IMG/VR virus record: IMGVR_UViG_3300045988_171512
DNA: 34,572 nucleotides
Direction: 5' to 3' (one strand)
Source of the DNA: a virus
Below are positions 1-8,338 of the stretch, piece by piece. A model generated the notes under the pieces. It saw only the letters and a list, made by a program, of their open reading frames with translations. It was not told the origin of the DNA and ran no database searches. The position numbers and the translations under genes were made by a program. The stretch's first letter is position 1; each line of letters starts with the position of its first letter.

Positions 1-652
1 ATTTTTTATCATAATAATCATTTAATAATTTTTTTATTTGTATAATATAATTTATTTTTGTTTCTTCTCTCTTTTTTGTATATTTATTGTTTTTCTTTAC
101 TACTAATATATAAGATAATATTATTAGTATTATACCTAATATTATTGGTACTAAATATATTATTATTATTTTTAAATAATCTTCTAATAAAAAAACTTTA
201 TATAGTAAGAAGATATTGATTATATTAAATAATATACTACTTAATTTATATATATTTAATAATATATTTTTTTTATATCCAAATATATTTAAATAGTTAT
301 TTATTAGTTTTATAATAAGTGATATGGATAAGAATATTGTCATGGTTATATTAACTAGATATAATTTTTCTATATTTATTAGTGTTGATATAATGTAAGT
401 TATTACTCCTAAAAGCATGGTTAAAATAATGATAAGTAATATACTACATTTAAATACTTTATTCATTGTATATAGATATTTTTTATCATAATAATCATTT
501 AATAATTTTTTTATTTTATTTGAACTAAATATACTATAATATATTAAAAACAAGCTAAAACTAAAGGTAAGTAAGAAAGTATTACTATTTTTAGTAAGAT
601 GATATAATACTATTATAAATATAAATGTTAAGATATTTATTATTTTCTTCAT
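1..652 (-). CDS. Host multi-pass membrane protein, C-terminally truncated by window edge (at least 217 aa; MKKIINILTFIFIIVLYHLTKN...)
   Basis: Hand translation of the minus strand from ATG at 652 is open to position 1. AGGAG SD upstream; promoter TTTACA (692-697) - N17 - TATAAT (669-674). Very hydrophobic. Missing from the ORF track because it has no stop inside the window. Confidence 0.75.
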   Translation of the reverse strand, partial: MKKIINILTFIFIIVLYHLTKNSNTFLLTFSFSLFLIYYSIFSSNKIKKLLNDYYDKKYLYTMNKVFKCSILLIIILTMLLGVITYIISTLINIEKLYLVNITMTIFLSISLIIKLINNYLNIFGYKKNILLNIYKLSSILFNIINIFLLYKVFLLEDYLKIIIIYLVPIILGIILIILSYILVVKKNNKYTKKREETKINYIIQIKKLLNDYYDKK

Positions 653-715
653 ATGTACTCCTAAGAAAATTATATAGGAAAATATTGTTTTTGTAAACTT
701 TTTTTGCAAAAGTAG

Positions 716-744
716 TTGATTTTTTAATAATATTGTGGTATCAT
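716..744 (+). promoter_or_regulatory. Candidate promoter of tRNA-Arg (TTGATT - N17 - TATCAT)
   Basis: TTGATT 716-721 and TATCAT 739-744 with 17-nt spacer, just upstream of the tRNA. Confidence 0.5.
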
Positions 745-758
745 TTATGTTGACTGAT

Positions 759-835
759 GTCTTGGTAGCTCAGCTGGATAGAGCAATCGCCTTCTAAGCG
801 ATCGGTCTGGAGTTCGAATCTCCACCAGGACACCA
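759..835 (+). tRNA. tRNA-Arg (anticodon TCT), CCA encoded
   Basis: Acceptor GTCTTGG/CCAGGAC, anticodon loop CTTCTAA, GGTTCGAA-like T arm (AGTTCGAATC), 3' ACCA. Confidence 0.96.
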
Positions 836-837
836 CT
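821..837 (+). repeat. attL core (17-bp direct repeat TCCACCAGGACACCACT), overlapping the tRNA-Arg 3' end
   Basis: Exact match to 34374-34390; overlaps the tRNA 3' end, with the integrase at the other end of the element. Confidence 0.92.
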
Positions 838-845
838 ATAAATGC

Positions 846-872
846 AAAAGCCTTATAAAATAAGGCTTTTTT
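846..872 (+). terminator. Rho-independent terminator immediately after tRNA/attL, supplied by the prophage
   Basis: Perfect 11-bp stem AAAAGCCTTAT / ATAAGGCTTTT, 3-nt loop, T tract. Confidence 0.85.
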
Positions 873-951
873 ATTTTGATTTTTCCATTTTTACTCCCAT
901 TTTTCCACTTATTCCACCTATTTCGGAGTAATTTTGGAGTAATTTTTTTAT

Positions 952-1668
952 TTATTTTCCTATTAATTCATTATATTTCTTTTGAGTACCACTTAACCAA
1001 TATTTATTTAATCCTGTTGGATCATTAGCAGCACCTATTGGACAATATTTAGGCTGAATTTTTTCTAAAGTATCTAATCCTATATCAAAGTAATTATACT
1101 TTAAATTATTTAGATAGGCTTCTATTCCATCATCTAGTGAAGCATATGATCTTAAACCACTATTGCACATCATACCACCAACATTATTAAGTTTTTTAAA
1201 AGCATAGGAGGTATAGTTTCCAGTTTCATGCTGAGAAATGGCAATTGATATTAGTATTTGTTCCTCACTTAAACCTATTTCTTTTCCCTTATCTGATATT
1301 TTACAAGAAATACTATCAAATGGACATACTTGCTCTTTTTCTTCAACTGGTGGAATATATGTAGGTATAGAAGAGAGTTTTATATCATTCAAAGATATTT
1401 GTATTTCTTTGCCATTTTTTCCGAACACGCTATAAATATCTAACCCTACATTAATAATTAATAAATAGATTATTGCTACTTTCATTACTCTAGGCAATTT
1501 ATTAAATAGTTTCTCAATCAATCTATTAAATGCTTTCAATCCAAAATACATTGCAGAAAATATCCCAACTATTAAATAAATCATATTCTTCAAAATACTC
1601 TTAAATAATTTTGCCATCTTTCTTTTTAATTTGTTTTTTCTGGAATATCTAGTAACCCTACTTTCCAT
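952..1668 (-). CDS. Membrane-anchored peptidoglycan hydrolase, glucosaminidase/lysozyme-like domain
   Basis: Listed ORF 952-1734. A more likely start is MESRVTRYS at 1668 (AAAGGTGG SD). N-terminal TM helix (VAIIYLLIINVGLDIYS) then SEEQILISIAISQHETGNYTSYAFKKLNNVGGM...YWLSGTQKKYNELI typical of glucosaminidase folds. Confidence 0.75.
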   Translation of the reverse strand: MESRVTRYSRKNKLKRKMAKLFKSILKNMIYLIVGIFSAMYFGLKAFNRLIEKLFNKLPRVMKVAIIYLLIINVGLDIYSVFGKNGKEIQISLNDIKLSSIPTYIPPVEEKEQVCPFDSISCKISDKGKEIGLSEEQILISIAISQHETGNYTSYAFKKLNNVGGMMCNSGLRSYASLDDGIEAYLNNLKYNYFDIGLDTLEKIQPKYCPIGAANDPTGLNKYWLSGTQKKYNELIGK

Positions 1669-1669
1669 A

Positions 1670-1789
1670 TTATTGAGCCACCTTTCCAAAATCAACAACA
1701 TATTCACCATCATAAATAGGAACATATTTATCACTTGAATTTTTATAAATTGCTATAACCAATTTTACCCCTTTAATTATCTTTTTCAT
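1670..1789 (-). CDS. Small ORF, 39 aa (MKKIIKGVKLVIAIYKNSSDKYVPIYDGEYVVDFGKVAQ)
   Basis: Hand translation; stop directly abuts the 1668 start. No strong SD seen. Confidence 0.4.
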   Translation of the reverse strand: MKKIIKGVKLVIAIYKNSSDKYVPIYDGEYVVDFGKVAQ

Positions 1790-1836
1790 TTGACATTTGT
1801 AACGAACTATTATATAATTTTAGTAGGAAAAGGATT

Positions 1837-1956
1837 TTACTCCTTTCCTACAATAACTATATTTTTATATTTAATAAAGATATAGCCTTGATTTGCTAAT
1901 TCGTAACACTCTGCTAAAGTTAAATTACGAATTGGCTTTTTCTTTATATTGTTCAT
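1837..1956 (-). CDS. Small ORF, 39 aa (MNNIKKKPIRNLTLAECYELANQGYIFIKYKNIVIVGKE)
   Basis: Hand translation; AAAGGAG SD upstream; first gene after the 2000-2028 promoter. Confidence 0.5.
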   Translation of the reverse strand: MNNIKKKPIRNLTLAECYELANQGYIFIKYKNIVIVGKE

Positions 1957-1999
1957 TACTTCTCCTTTCTGTAAGATTCTTTCTTTATCTTACATATTA

Positions 2000-2028
2000 A
2001 TTATATCACATTTAGTACTATATGTCAA
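2000..2028 (-). promoter_or_regulatory. Consensus promoter TTGACA - N17 - TATAAT reading left
   Basis: TTGACA at 2023-2028, TATAAT at 2000-2005, spacer 17 nt; palindrome ACATTTAGTACTATATGT (2008-2025) sits in the spacer. Confidence 0.8.
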
Positions 2029-2037
2029 TACTTTTTC

Positions 2038-2066
2038 TTGATTTTTAGTACTAAATGTAGTAAAAT
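2038..2066 (+). promoter_or_regulatory. Promoter TTGATT - N17 - TAAAAT reading right
   Basis: TTGATT 2038-2043, TAAAAT 2061-2066, spacer 17 nt containing palindrome TTTAGTACTAAA (2044-2055). Confidence 0.7.
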
Positions 2067-2084
2067 AATATTAGGAGGGATAAA

Positions 2085-2288
2085 ATGAGTGATTTTAATC
2101 AAAAAGAATACATCAAAGATTGGAAAAAAGAAAATTATAAACAATTCAAAGTAGAGTTAAAAAAAGAAGAAAAGGAAAATCTTGATAAAGAACTCAAAAA
2201 GCACAATTTATCTGGATCTGATTTTGTTAGAATAGCATTCGATTATCTAAAAAGAGGAAAATTAAAAAAAGAGGAAAAAGATCATTAG
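2085..2288 (+). CDS. Small putative DNA-binding regulator (ribbon-helix-helix-like), 67 aa
   Basis: AGGAGGG SD; short charged protein with QFKVELKKEE...LDKELKKHNLSGSDFVRIAFDYLKRG pattern resembling RHH proteins; isolated plus-strand gene next to paired palindromes. Confidence 0.6.
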   Translation: MSDFNQKEYIKDWKKENYKQFKVELKKEEKENLDKELKKHNLSGSDFVRIAFDYLKRGKLKKEEKDH

Positions 2289-2311
2289 TCCAATTCCTCT
2301 TTTATTTTATT
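2268..2311. terminator. Bidirectional rho-independent terminator between convergent genes
   Basis: AAAGAGGAA (2268-2276) / TTCCTCTTT (2294-2302), with T-rich tracts on both strands. Confidence 0.7.
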
Positions 2312-3260
2312 CTATAATAATCTGAAATTTTGTAGCAGTTACTCCATATACACCAGCATAACCATCTTGCCCTTTGGTTTTTTCATTATCATATTGATAA
2401 GGATAATTATTTACTTTATATTTAGCTTTTTTGTATGGTCTAATATTTTTAGGAGTATAATAGTAAATTTCTACACAATCGATTATATTGCCATTACCAG
2501 CATAGCCATTTATCTTATCTTTTATGTTATAATCAGTAACATAAGGAAGCCATCTTCCTTTAACTATTATATTTCCATTATTATCTTTAATTTCTTTTAT
2601 GTGTACTCTATATCTAACAGAGCCTTTATCTACTTTAATGGCAAGACCAGTTATAGGACTATTCTCGTAACCAGCATAATCCTCTAGATTTTTTACTTCT
2701 TTTAACCAGCCATGCTTTTTAGTTCTAGCCATATAATAAACATTGACTTCATTTGATGTACTTTCATTATTAATTTTGTTAGCCTCATCAGCAATATATT
2801 GCATTTTACTTCTTAGATAATCTCCAGGGCAAGTGGTATTAGTAAACATACTATGCCAAGTTAAGTTCTTCCCTGGTACTAATGTTCTTAGTCCTCTTCT
2901 CTTAGCAATATCTGCAACCAATTTAATAACAGCATTTAGAGTGATGTCGTTAACATACCATGAATTATCATTGTCTGATATTTCGATAGTTATTGATTTA
3001 CAATTGCTATCCCAATTAGAGTTTGTCCAAGCGGTATCTTCTTCATCAACATAATTAGCAATACTGCCATCATAACCTACACCATAGTGACTAGAGCCAT
3101 ATCTACCTTTTGCTTGAAATATTCTTCCACACTGTTCTGCAGTTAATCTTCCAGCCATATGATGAATGGTTATTGCCTCAATGTTTCTACCGCTTCTACC
3201 TTTAGTATAGTTACCTTCATCAGCAGGTACTACTTTTTGTGTTAGACTTGACTTACTCAT
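2307..3260 (-). CDS. Endolysin: N-acetylmuramoyl-L-alanine amidase (amidase_2/PGRP type) with C-terminal extension
   Basis: EAITIHHMAGRLTAEQ...SSHYGVGYDGSI...CPGDYLRSKM motifs. Confidence 0.9.
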   Translation of the reverse strand: MSKSSLTQKVVPADEGNYTKGRSGRNIEAITIHHMAGRLTAEQCGRIFQAKGRYGSSHYGVGYDGSIANYVDEEDTAWTNSNWDSNCKSITIEISDNDNSWYVNDITLNAVIKLVADIAKRRGLRTLVPGKNLTWHSMFTNTTCPGDYLRSKMQYIADEANKINNESTSNEVNVYYMARTKKHGWLKEVKNLEDYAGYENSPITGLAIKVDKGSVRYRVHIKEIKDNNGNIIVKGRWLPYVTDYNIKDKINGYAGNGNIIDCVEIYYYTPKNIRPYKKAKYKVNNYPYQYDNEKTKGQDGYAGVYGVTATKFQIIIE

Positions 3261-3328
3261 CTACTTCATCTCCCTTACCATTACTTAATTCCAATTCCAT
3301 TTCTTCTGTAATTTTAATTTCTTCCATA

Positions 3329-3586
3329 CTAATTACCTTCTTTCTTTAACAAATCATTTATATTTTTTCCAAGATCATATGCTCCACCAGTAAGCAAACC
3401 TGCTACCATAATCGAAGCATTAAAATCTTTGGTCATTATGTAATTGATAATTGCTACTATTATACCTATTAATAAGTTTTGCACTGGTATTAATTTATTG
3501 TTAAATTTAGGATGCTTTTTAGCAATTAAACCACACACATAAGTAACCAAAATTGTTACTAAAGTCATAATTGTTGTAATATCCAT
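3329..3586 (-). CDS. Phage holin, 85 aa
   Basis: Two hydrophobic segments, length and position next to endolysin. Confidence 0.8.
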   Translation of the reverse strand: MDITTIMTLVTILVTYVCGLIAKKHPKFNNKLIPVQNLLIGIIVAIINYIMTKDFNASIMVAGLLTGGAYDLGKNINDLLKKEGN

Positions 3587-3598
3587 CTAAATCACCTC

Positions 3599-3895
3599 CT
3601 ACTTCATTCCTAATTTTACAAATATAAATGCTATAATGCCACCTATTAAAGCCGATACTACGATTCCCCAAACAGAATCTAATTTCTTGCTAGGCTTAGC
3701 CTCAATTGCTAATACTCGATTGTCTATATTTGTCATATCTTCTCGCATTGCTTTCATCTCTGTAGCTATTGCCTGAACAGATAAAGCAAGATTATGAATA
3801 TCATCAACTTTCAATTCCAACTTATCTAATCTTTTTGTATTAGATTTGCTTCTCTGCTCAGTCTCTACTAATCTTTCTAATTCTTCTTTTTCCAT
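3599..3895 (-). CDS. XhlA-like lysis-associated protein (coiled coil plus C-terminal TM), 98 aa
   Basis: C-terminal VWGIVVSALIGGIIAFIFVKLGMK; lysis cassette context. Confidence 0.6.
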   Translation of the reverse strand: MEKEELERLVETEQRSKSNTKRLDKLELKVDDIHNLALSVQAIATEMKAMREDMTNIDNRVLAIEAKPSKKLDSVWGIVVSALIGGIIAFIFVKLGMK

Positions 3896-3906
3896 ATTAT
3901 TCCTTT

Positions 3907-4422
3907 CTAAACTGCTTCTACTGTCAAATTAGTACCATCATATCTTATATAATTTTCAGAATTAGCAGTTCCATATTGAACAATTAATTGTATATAATCA
4001 CCCTTTTTAACATCCAAAATACATGGACTAATACTTGTAGAACTCCAAGCTCCTATTCTTCCAACCATACTTGTAAAATCAGTTTTTACACCATTTTTAA
4101 AAATCTTAAACCAAAGCCAATCTGTTGTTGCATTCTTGGCGAAAGCATTCATATTTATTTTTATTCTTGAAATATCATCACCAATTTTTATAGAATGATT
4201 AGAACTATCAAATTCAAGTTTTAAACCTTTTTTAGAATATTTATTAAAGGCAACTATTGTTTCATCTGAATTTTTAATACTTTGATCCGCAGACAATGTT
4301 AATGTGATAATATTTTTTTCCATATTATCTGCACCTAATATCAAATTATTATCTAAATTAACTATTGTTTTATTTTGCATTATTTTTGTATTTAATCTAT
4401 TTTTTCTACTTCCATTTACCAA
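3907..4422 (-). CDS. Putative phage fiber/receptor-binding accessory protein, 171 aa
   Basis: Located between tail fibre-like and lysis genes; beta-rich composition. Confidence 0.4.
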   Translation of the reverse strand: MVNGSRKNRLNTKIMQNKTIVNLDNNLILGADNMEKNIITLTLSADQSIKNSDETIVAFNKYSKKGLKLEFDSSNHSIKIGDDISRIKINMNAFAKNATTDWLWFKIFKNGVKTDFTSMVGRIGAWSSTSISPCILDVKKGDYIQLIVQYGTANSENYIRYDGTNLTVEAV

Positions 4423-4882
4423 TTGCTATTATATCAAATGTCATTGTACCATCTGCTTCAACTGCAGGCTTCCATAACCATGTGCTACCAATTGACTTTT
4501 TTGTTCTTCCTGAAAAAGATTCACAAAAGCAAGTTGAACCATCAGCCAAATCAATAGATACACTAGGTATTTCTATAAATTCTTGTGCATAATTGCCAAA
4601 ATTAACTACATTAGCAGTTTCATAAACACTTCCCCATGCTTTATCAATAACTACATTTGTAAATTTTATTTTCTTTATACAAATCATAATTCCATTTTTA
4701 TATCGAATCCAAATTCCATTACTATTTGTTCCAGAATCATAAATAGTATTATTATCTAAATAATCTTTTAACGATTGATTATTGTATTCAATATTTTGAC
4801 TTCTCAATATTTTATCATTTTCTAAATCAATTTTTTGTTTATTCATATAAATAGCATTATTTATTACGCTATTCTTCTCCAA
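4406..4882 (-). CDS. Putative tail fiber/knob-like protein, 158 aa
   Basis: NGIWIRYKNGIMICIKKI...IIAIGKWK pattern seen in phage fibre knob domains; context. Confidence 0.5.
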   Translation of the reverse strand: MEKNSVINNAIYMNKQKIDLENDKILRSQNIEYNNQSLKDYLDNNTIYDSGTNSNGIWIRYKNGIMICIKKIKFTNVVIDKAWGSVYETANVVNFGNYAQEFIEIPSVSIDLADGSTCFCESFSGRTKKSIGSTWLWKPAVEADGTMTFDIIAIGKWK

Positions 4883-5328
4883 CGATAGACTACTATTGAT
4901 TTTTGAATGTTATTATGTGATTGCCCTCCACCCGCATAATTTGTAGCTATACCATCGGCAATGTTATCCCCATTTGCATATTCAATCCCATAATAAGCAC
5001 CAGCAGTTTTCCCTAGTGTTATAGGTGTTTCATTAGTATTCCAATGCAGTCCTTCATGTTTATGCTTGGGCATTTCATCAACAGTTAATGTATGTGTACT
5101 TTCACCTATTTCCTTACCTATGGTATTAAAATTAGAATCATTAGGATCTATACAGACTGTTACTCTACCTTTTCCATATAATTCCCATGTCCCAATATAT
5201 CCATCGTCACCTGGATTGTTGGGATTAGTGCTTTCTAAAAAATCACCGATTCTATAATAAGGTCTAGGATATGCAGGATTACCATCTTTGTCATATAATT
5301 GAACTGGTATATCATTCATAGTAGTCAC
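4864..5328 (-). CDS. Baseplate/tail collar-like protein (Gp10 C-terminal-like)
   Basis: HTLTVDEMPKHKHEG...AGGGQSHNNIQKSIVVYRWRRIA, the classic collar/baseplate C-terminal pattern. Confidence 0.75.
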   Translation of the reverse strand: MTTMNDIPVQLYDKDGNPAYPRPYYRIGDFLESTNPNNPGDDGYIGTWELYGKGRVTVCIDPNDSNFNTIGKEIGESTHTLTVDEMPKHKHEGLHWNTNETPITLGKTAGAYYGIEYANGDNIADGIATNYAGGGQSHNNIQKSIVVYRWRRIA

Positions 5329-5481
5329 CTACCATTGAATAGAAAGAAGTAGAAGTATTAATTAAATTAAATACTTCCCTCCTTTCTCTTTTGAGAAGAA
5401 TTGCTAAATAATGCAACCCCCCCCCTCATTAACTTGTAGTTTACTTTTTTCATTTTATCAAATCCTTTCTTTTTTTTAATT

Positions 5482-5694
5482 TTAAGAATTACTATCTGTT
5501 ACAACAGTATAAGTTAATACATTTTGAAGTTTAGTATTAATTGCCTGCAAAGTTGTATTTATTGATGTTAAAGATTCAGATATTTCATTAAAATTTGCTA
5601 TGATTTTATCTTGAAAGCCATTAAACCATTCTGACTCAAATGGTGTAGAAGTATCTGGCAAATCCTTAAACTCTTTTTTTACTATTTCTTCCAT
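5482..5694 (-). CDS. Small tail-region protein, 70 aa
   Basis: Compact ORF in late operon; LTSINTTLQAINTKLQN coiled coil. Confidence 0.55.
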   Translation of the reverse strand: MEEIVKKEFKDLPDTSTPFESEWFNGFQDKIIANFNEISESLTSINTTLQAINTKLQNVLTYTVVTDSNS

Positions 5695-8338
5695 TTATCT
5701 TTACCTCCAATTCTTTTATCTTTAATTTTAATTTTTCAATAATAAGCTGTTGTTCTTTAATAGCTTGTAGACATAATGCAGTCATTGAATAATTGTCAAC
5801 ACCTATTTCTTTTCCATCATCATCAACAGAAGTAATTGTATGTGAATAATTATATTTATCACCAATAACAAATCCTAAATGCTTTTTATGATCATCATTT
5901 TCAGATTTTAGATTATATTGATAAATATCAGTTACCATTATTTCTTCAATTGCATTTGTGAACTTTTTAAAATTTTTCTTACTACTTTCTAAAGATGTTT
6001 GAGTAAGCACTGGAGTTGTTATACCGGAAGAAAATACACTTGTAAAGTCTTTTCCATCACTCATCATTACTGCTGGAAGTCCTCTGTGCATATATGCTAA
6101 TAAATAAACATTTGAAGACATTTGAACATTCATTCCATTACCTAACAGTTTCATTGAGGAAATTTCTTCTGTTTGTCCTCCAGTAGATATTAAACTTTTC
6201 ATAGTTAAACTTGGATTTTGAGAATCATCAATTAAATCAATTTTTCCACTGTTGATGATTATATCTTCGCAAGTTACCTGCCCTTCTTTAGTAACTTTGA
6301 ATTTATTACTATCAATATCCATTTCATCAGATGTAAGATTAATTTTCTTTCCTTTTAAATTAATTTTATCCGCTTCTATTTGTATAAAAGAACCATCTTC
6401 AGCCTTTTCAGTACTCAAATTTATTTGAGCGATAATATTATCTTTATCCGTCTTCTTTAGCAATTTTAGATCTATGTTTTCATTATTTAATGCTATAGAT
6501 GAATTCATTTCTATTCTAGTTGTAAATATATCAGTATAATCGTTCTTTTTTGCATATTTAAGAGTATAAGTTAAATCAGAAAATGATTTCAAGTATATTT
6601 TGTTATATCCTTCATTTAATTCAATTTTTAATAAAGGTAATTCTTCTCTAATTTCCTCATCTAATTCATATAAACTTAAATCATTATTTACACCAATTCT
6701 ACGAATTATATATGTTCCTGTGTAATCAACTATAAATTCATCATAAATATCATTTAAAACATTAAGCCTTTTTAAATTGGTTTTAATTTCTCTCTTGTTC
6801 CCATTAATATCTTCAATTATTAAATTAGAATTCTTAAAAAAAGTATTGCTTCCTAAAAAAGTTTGATTTGATAAAAATAACAAGGATAAATTTCCTTTTA
6901 TTGATAAATAAAGAACACTACCTTTAACAGCATCTGTAATTTCGATATAATTATTAGCAGTTAAAGTTCTAGTAACATCAACCAATTTATTTACTGACAA
7001 AGCCAAATTATCATATCCTTCAATTAAAGAAGTATCTATTTTTCCAGAAGTAATAAAGTTAGCATTAAAGCCACCATCAATAGTCCAAGCAGTTACAAAT
7101 GTACCATTAATACCAGTATTGCTGAAACCGATACCACCATTATTCATCAAAATAACATTTTTTGCTTGTTCTTTTGGTAATTTATCTACAATTAATATTT
7201 TATCTCCCTCATAAATTACAAATGAATTTCCTAAAGTACCCCATATTTTATTAGTGGCATCTATAAGTTCTTTTTCTAAAAATGATTTTGTTTCGTTTGT
7301 CAAATCTTTGGAAATTTCATTGGCAATAGTATTCATATTTTTCAATAAGTCTTTTAATTTGTTTCTGAAATTACCAAATTCGATATTTTTGTATTTCTTA
7401 CTAATTACATCCCACTTTACCGAAATGACATTTGTTGTCATTTTTATATTTAATTTAGGATGGTCAACATAGATTGTATCTCCTACATCAGTTATATTGT
7501 CCAAGTTAGCGGACAAATTATAATTTACCTTCGGATACTTATTTTCTTCTAAATAACTTTTGGCTTTTAATCTTAAATTTGCAATCAATCTTTCTGTAAA
7601 ATCTTCATCAGATTCATTTTCTTCTTGTTTTAGATCTTGATCTATTTTTACAATTTTTGAAAAAGGAATATCATACAATTTATCTTTAACTTCTAAATAT
7701 TTTTCTGGAAGTAATAGACCATCTTTACCAACTGGCATAATTTTTGTGACAACATTGTCCCATACTTCTTCTGCCTTTATACTAGTAATATTTTTTCTGT
7801 ATTTTACAACCACTCCTCTGTCAACACCAATATTTTGTTTTATACTTATATTGAAATTATCTCTTACTAAATGACCTCCCCATCTATCAATCAAAGTGGT
7901 AATTGCTTCACTTAATAATTTCCTAACACATCTATAAGAATTAGTGCTAGTAACATCTGAATTAGTTGTAAATGGTGTTTCAACATCACAATTTTTGTTA
8001 AGATAATCTAGTGCATAATTACAATCTTTATCGACTATATATTTGTCATCTATCATGTAATTATCAGTATCAAAATAAACATGATTAGCCTTAACCTTTA
8101 CTCTTGAATTGGTTTTGTCTATTTTTACTATTCTAAATGACTGATTCCCCTCCGGAAAAGGTGTAGGACAATTGATTATCATACTTGCTTGATAATAATC
8201 AACTTTTTCAATAGAATCTTCTACTTCAATATAATAATCACCATTGTCCTCCTTAAAAACAATCGCAGATAAAGGATGTAATATTTTAATTCCATTATTA
8301 TTAAATAATTTTTCACTAGAATCATATACCCTTATCAT
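5666..8338 (-). CDS. Tail spike/tail-associated protein with phage minor structural (Gp18/endopeptidase-type) N-terminus, 890 aa
   Basis: Position downstream of Dit; N-terminal MIRVYDSSEKLFNNNG...; probable start 8338 overlaps the Dit gene stop. Confidence 0.8.
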   Translation of the reverse strand: MIRVYDSSEKLFNNNGIKILHPLSAIVFKEDNGDYYIEVEDSIEKVDYYQASMIINCPTPFPEGNQSFRIVKIDKTNSRVKVKANHVYFDTDNYMIDDKYIVDKDCNYALDYLNKNCDVETPFTTNSDVTSTNSYRCVRKLLSEAITTLIDRWGGHLVRDNFNISIKQNIGVDRGVVVKYRKNITSIKAEEVWDNVVTKIMPVGKDGLLLPEKYLEVKDKLYDIPFSKIVKIDQDLKQEENESDEDFTERLIANLRLKAKSYLEENKYPKVNYNLSANLDNITDVGDTIYVDHPKLNIKMTTNVISVKWDVISKKYKNIEFGNFRNKLKDLLKNMNTIANEISKDLTNETKSFLEKELIDATNKIWGTLGNSFVIYEGDKILIVDKLPKEQAKNVILMNNGGIGFSNTGINGTFVTAWTIDGGFNANFITSGKIDTSLIEGYDNLALSVNKLVDVTRTLTANNYIEITDAVKGSVLYLSIKGNLSLLFLSNQTFLGSNTFFKNSNLIIEDINGNKREIKTNLKRLNVLNDIYDEFIVDYTGTYIIRRIGVNNDLSLYELDEEIREELPLLKIELNEGYNKIYLKSFSDLTYTLKYAKKNDYTDIFTTRIEMNSSIALNNENIDLKLLKKTDKDNIIAQINLSTEKAEDGSFIQIEADKINLKGKKINLTSDEMDIDSNKFKVTKEGQVTCEDIIINSGKIDLIDDSQNPSLTMKSLISTGGQTEEISSMKLLGNGMNVQMSSNVYLLAYMHRGLPAVMMSDGKDFTSVFSSGITTPVLTQTSLESSKKNFKKFTNAIEEIMVTDIYQYNLKSENDDHKKHLGFVIGDKYNYSHTITSVDDDGKEIGVDNYSMTALCLQAIKEQQLIIEKLKLKIKELEVKINGRNSKKRV

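Noticed and set aside
2249-2280. Repeated AAAAGAGGAAAA as CRISPR-like or iteron repeats
   Set aside because: Only two imperfect copies within lysine-rich codons; one arm is explained by the terminator.
1238-2687. ORFs 1238-1435 (+) and 2367-2687 (+)
   Set aside because: Antisense to well-supported minus-strand hydrolase genes, no recognisable domains; products of AT-rich composition.
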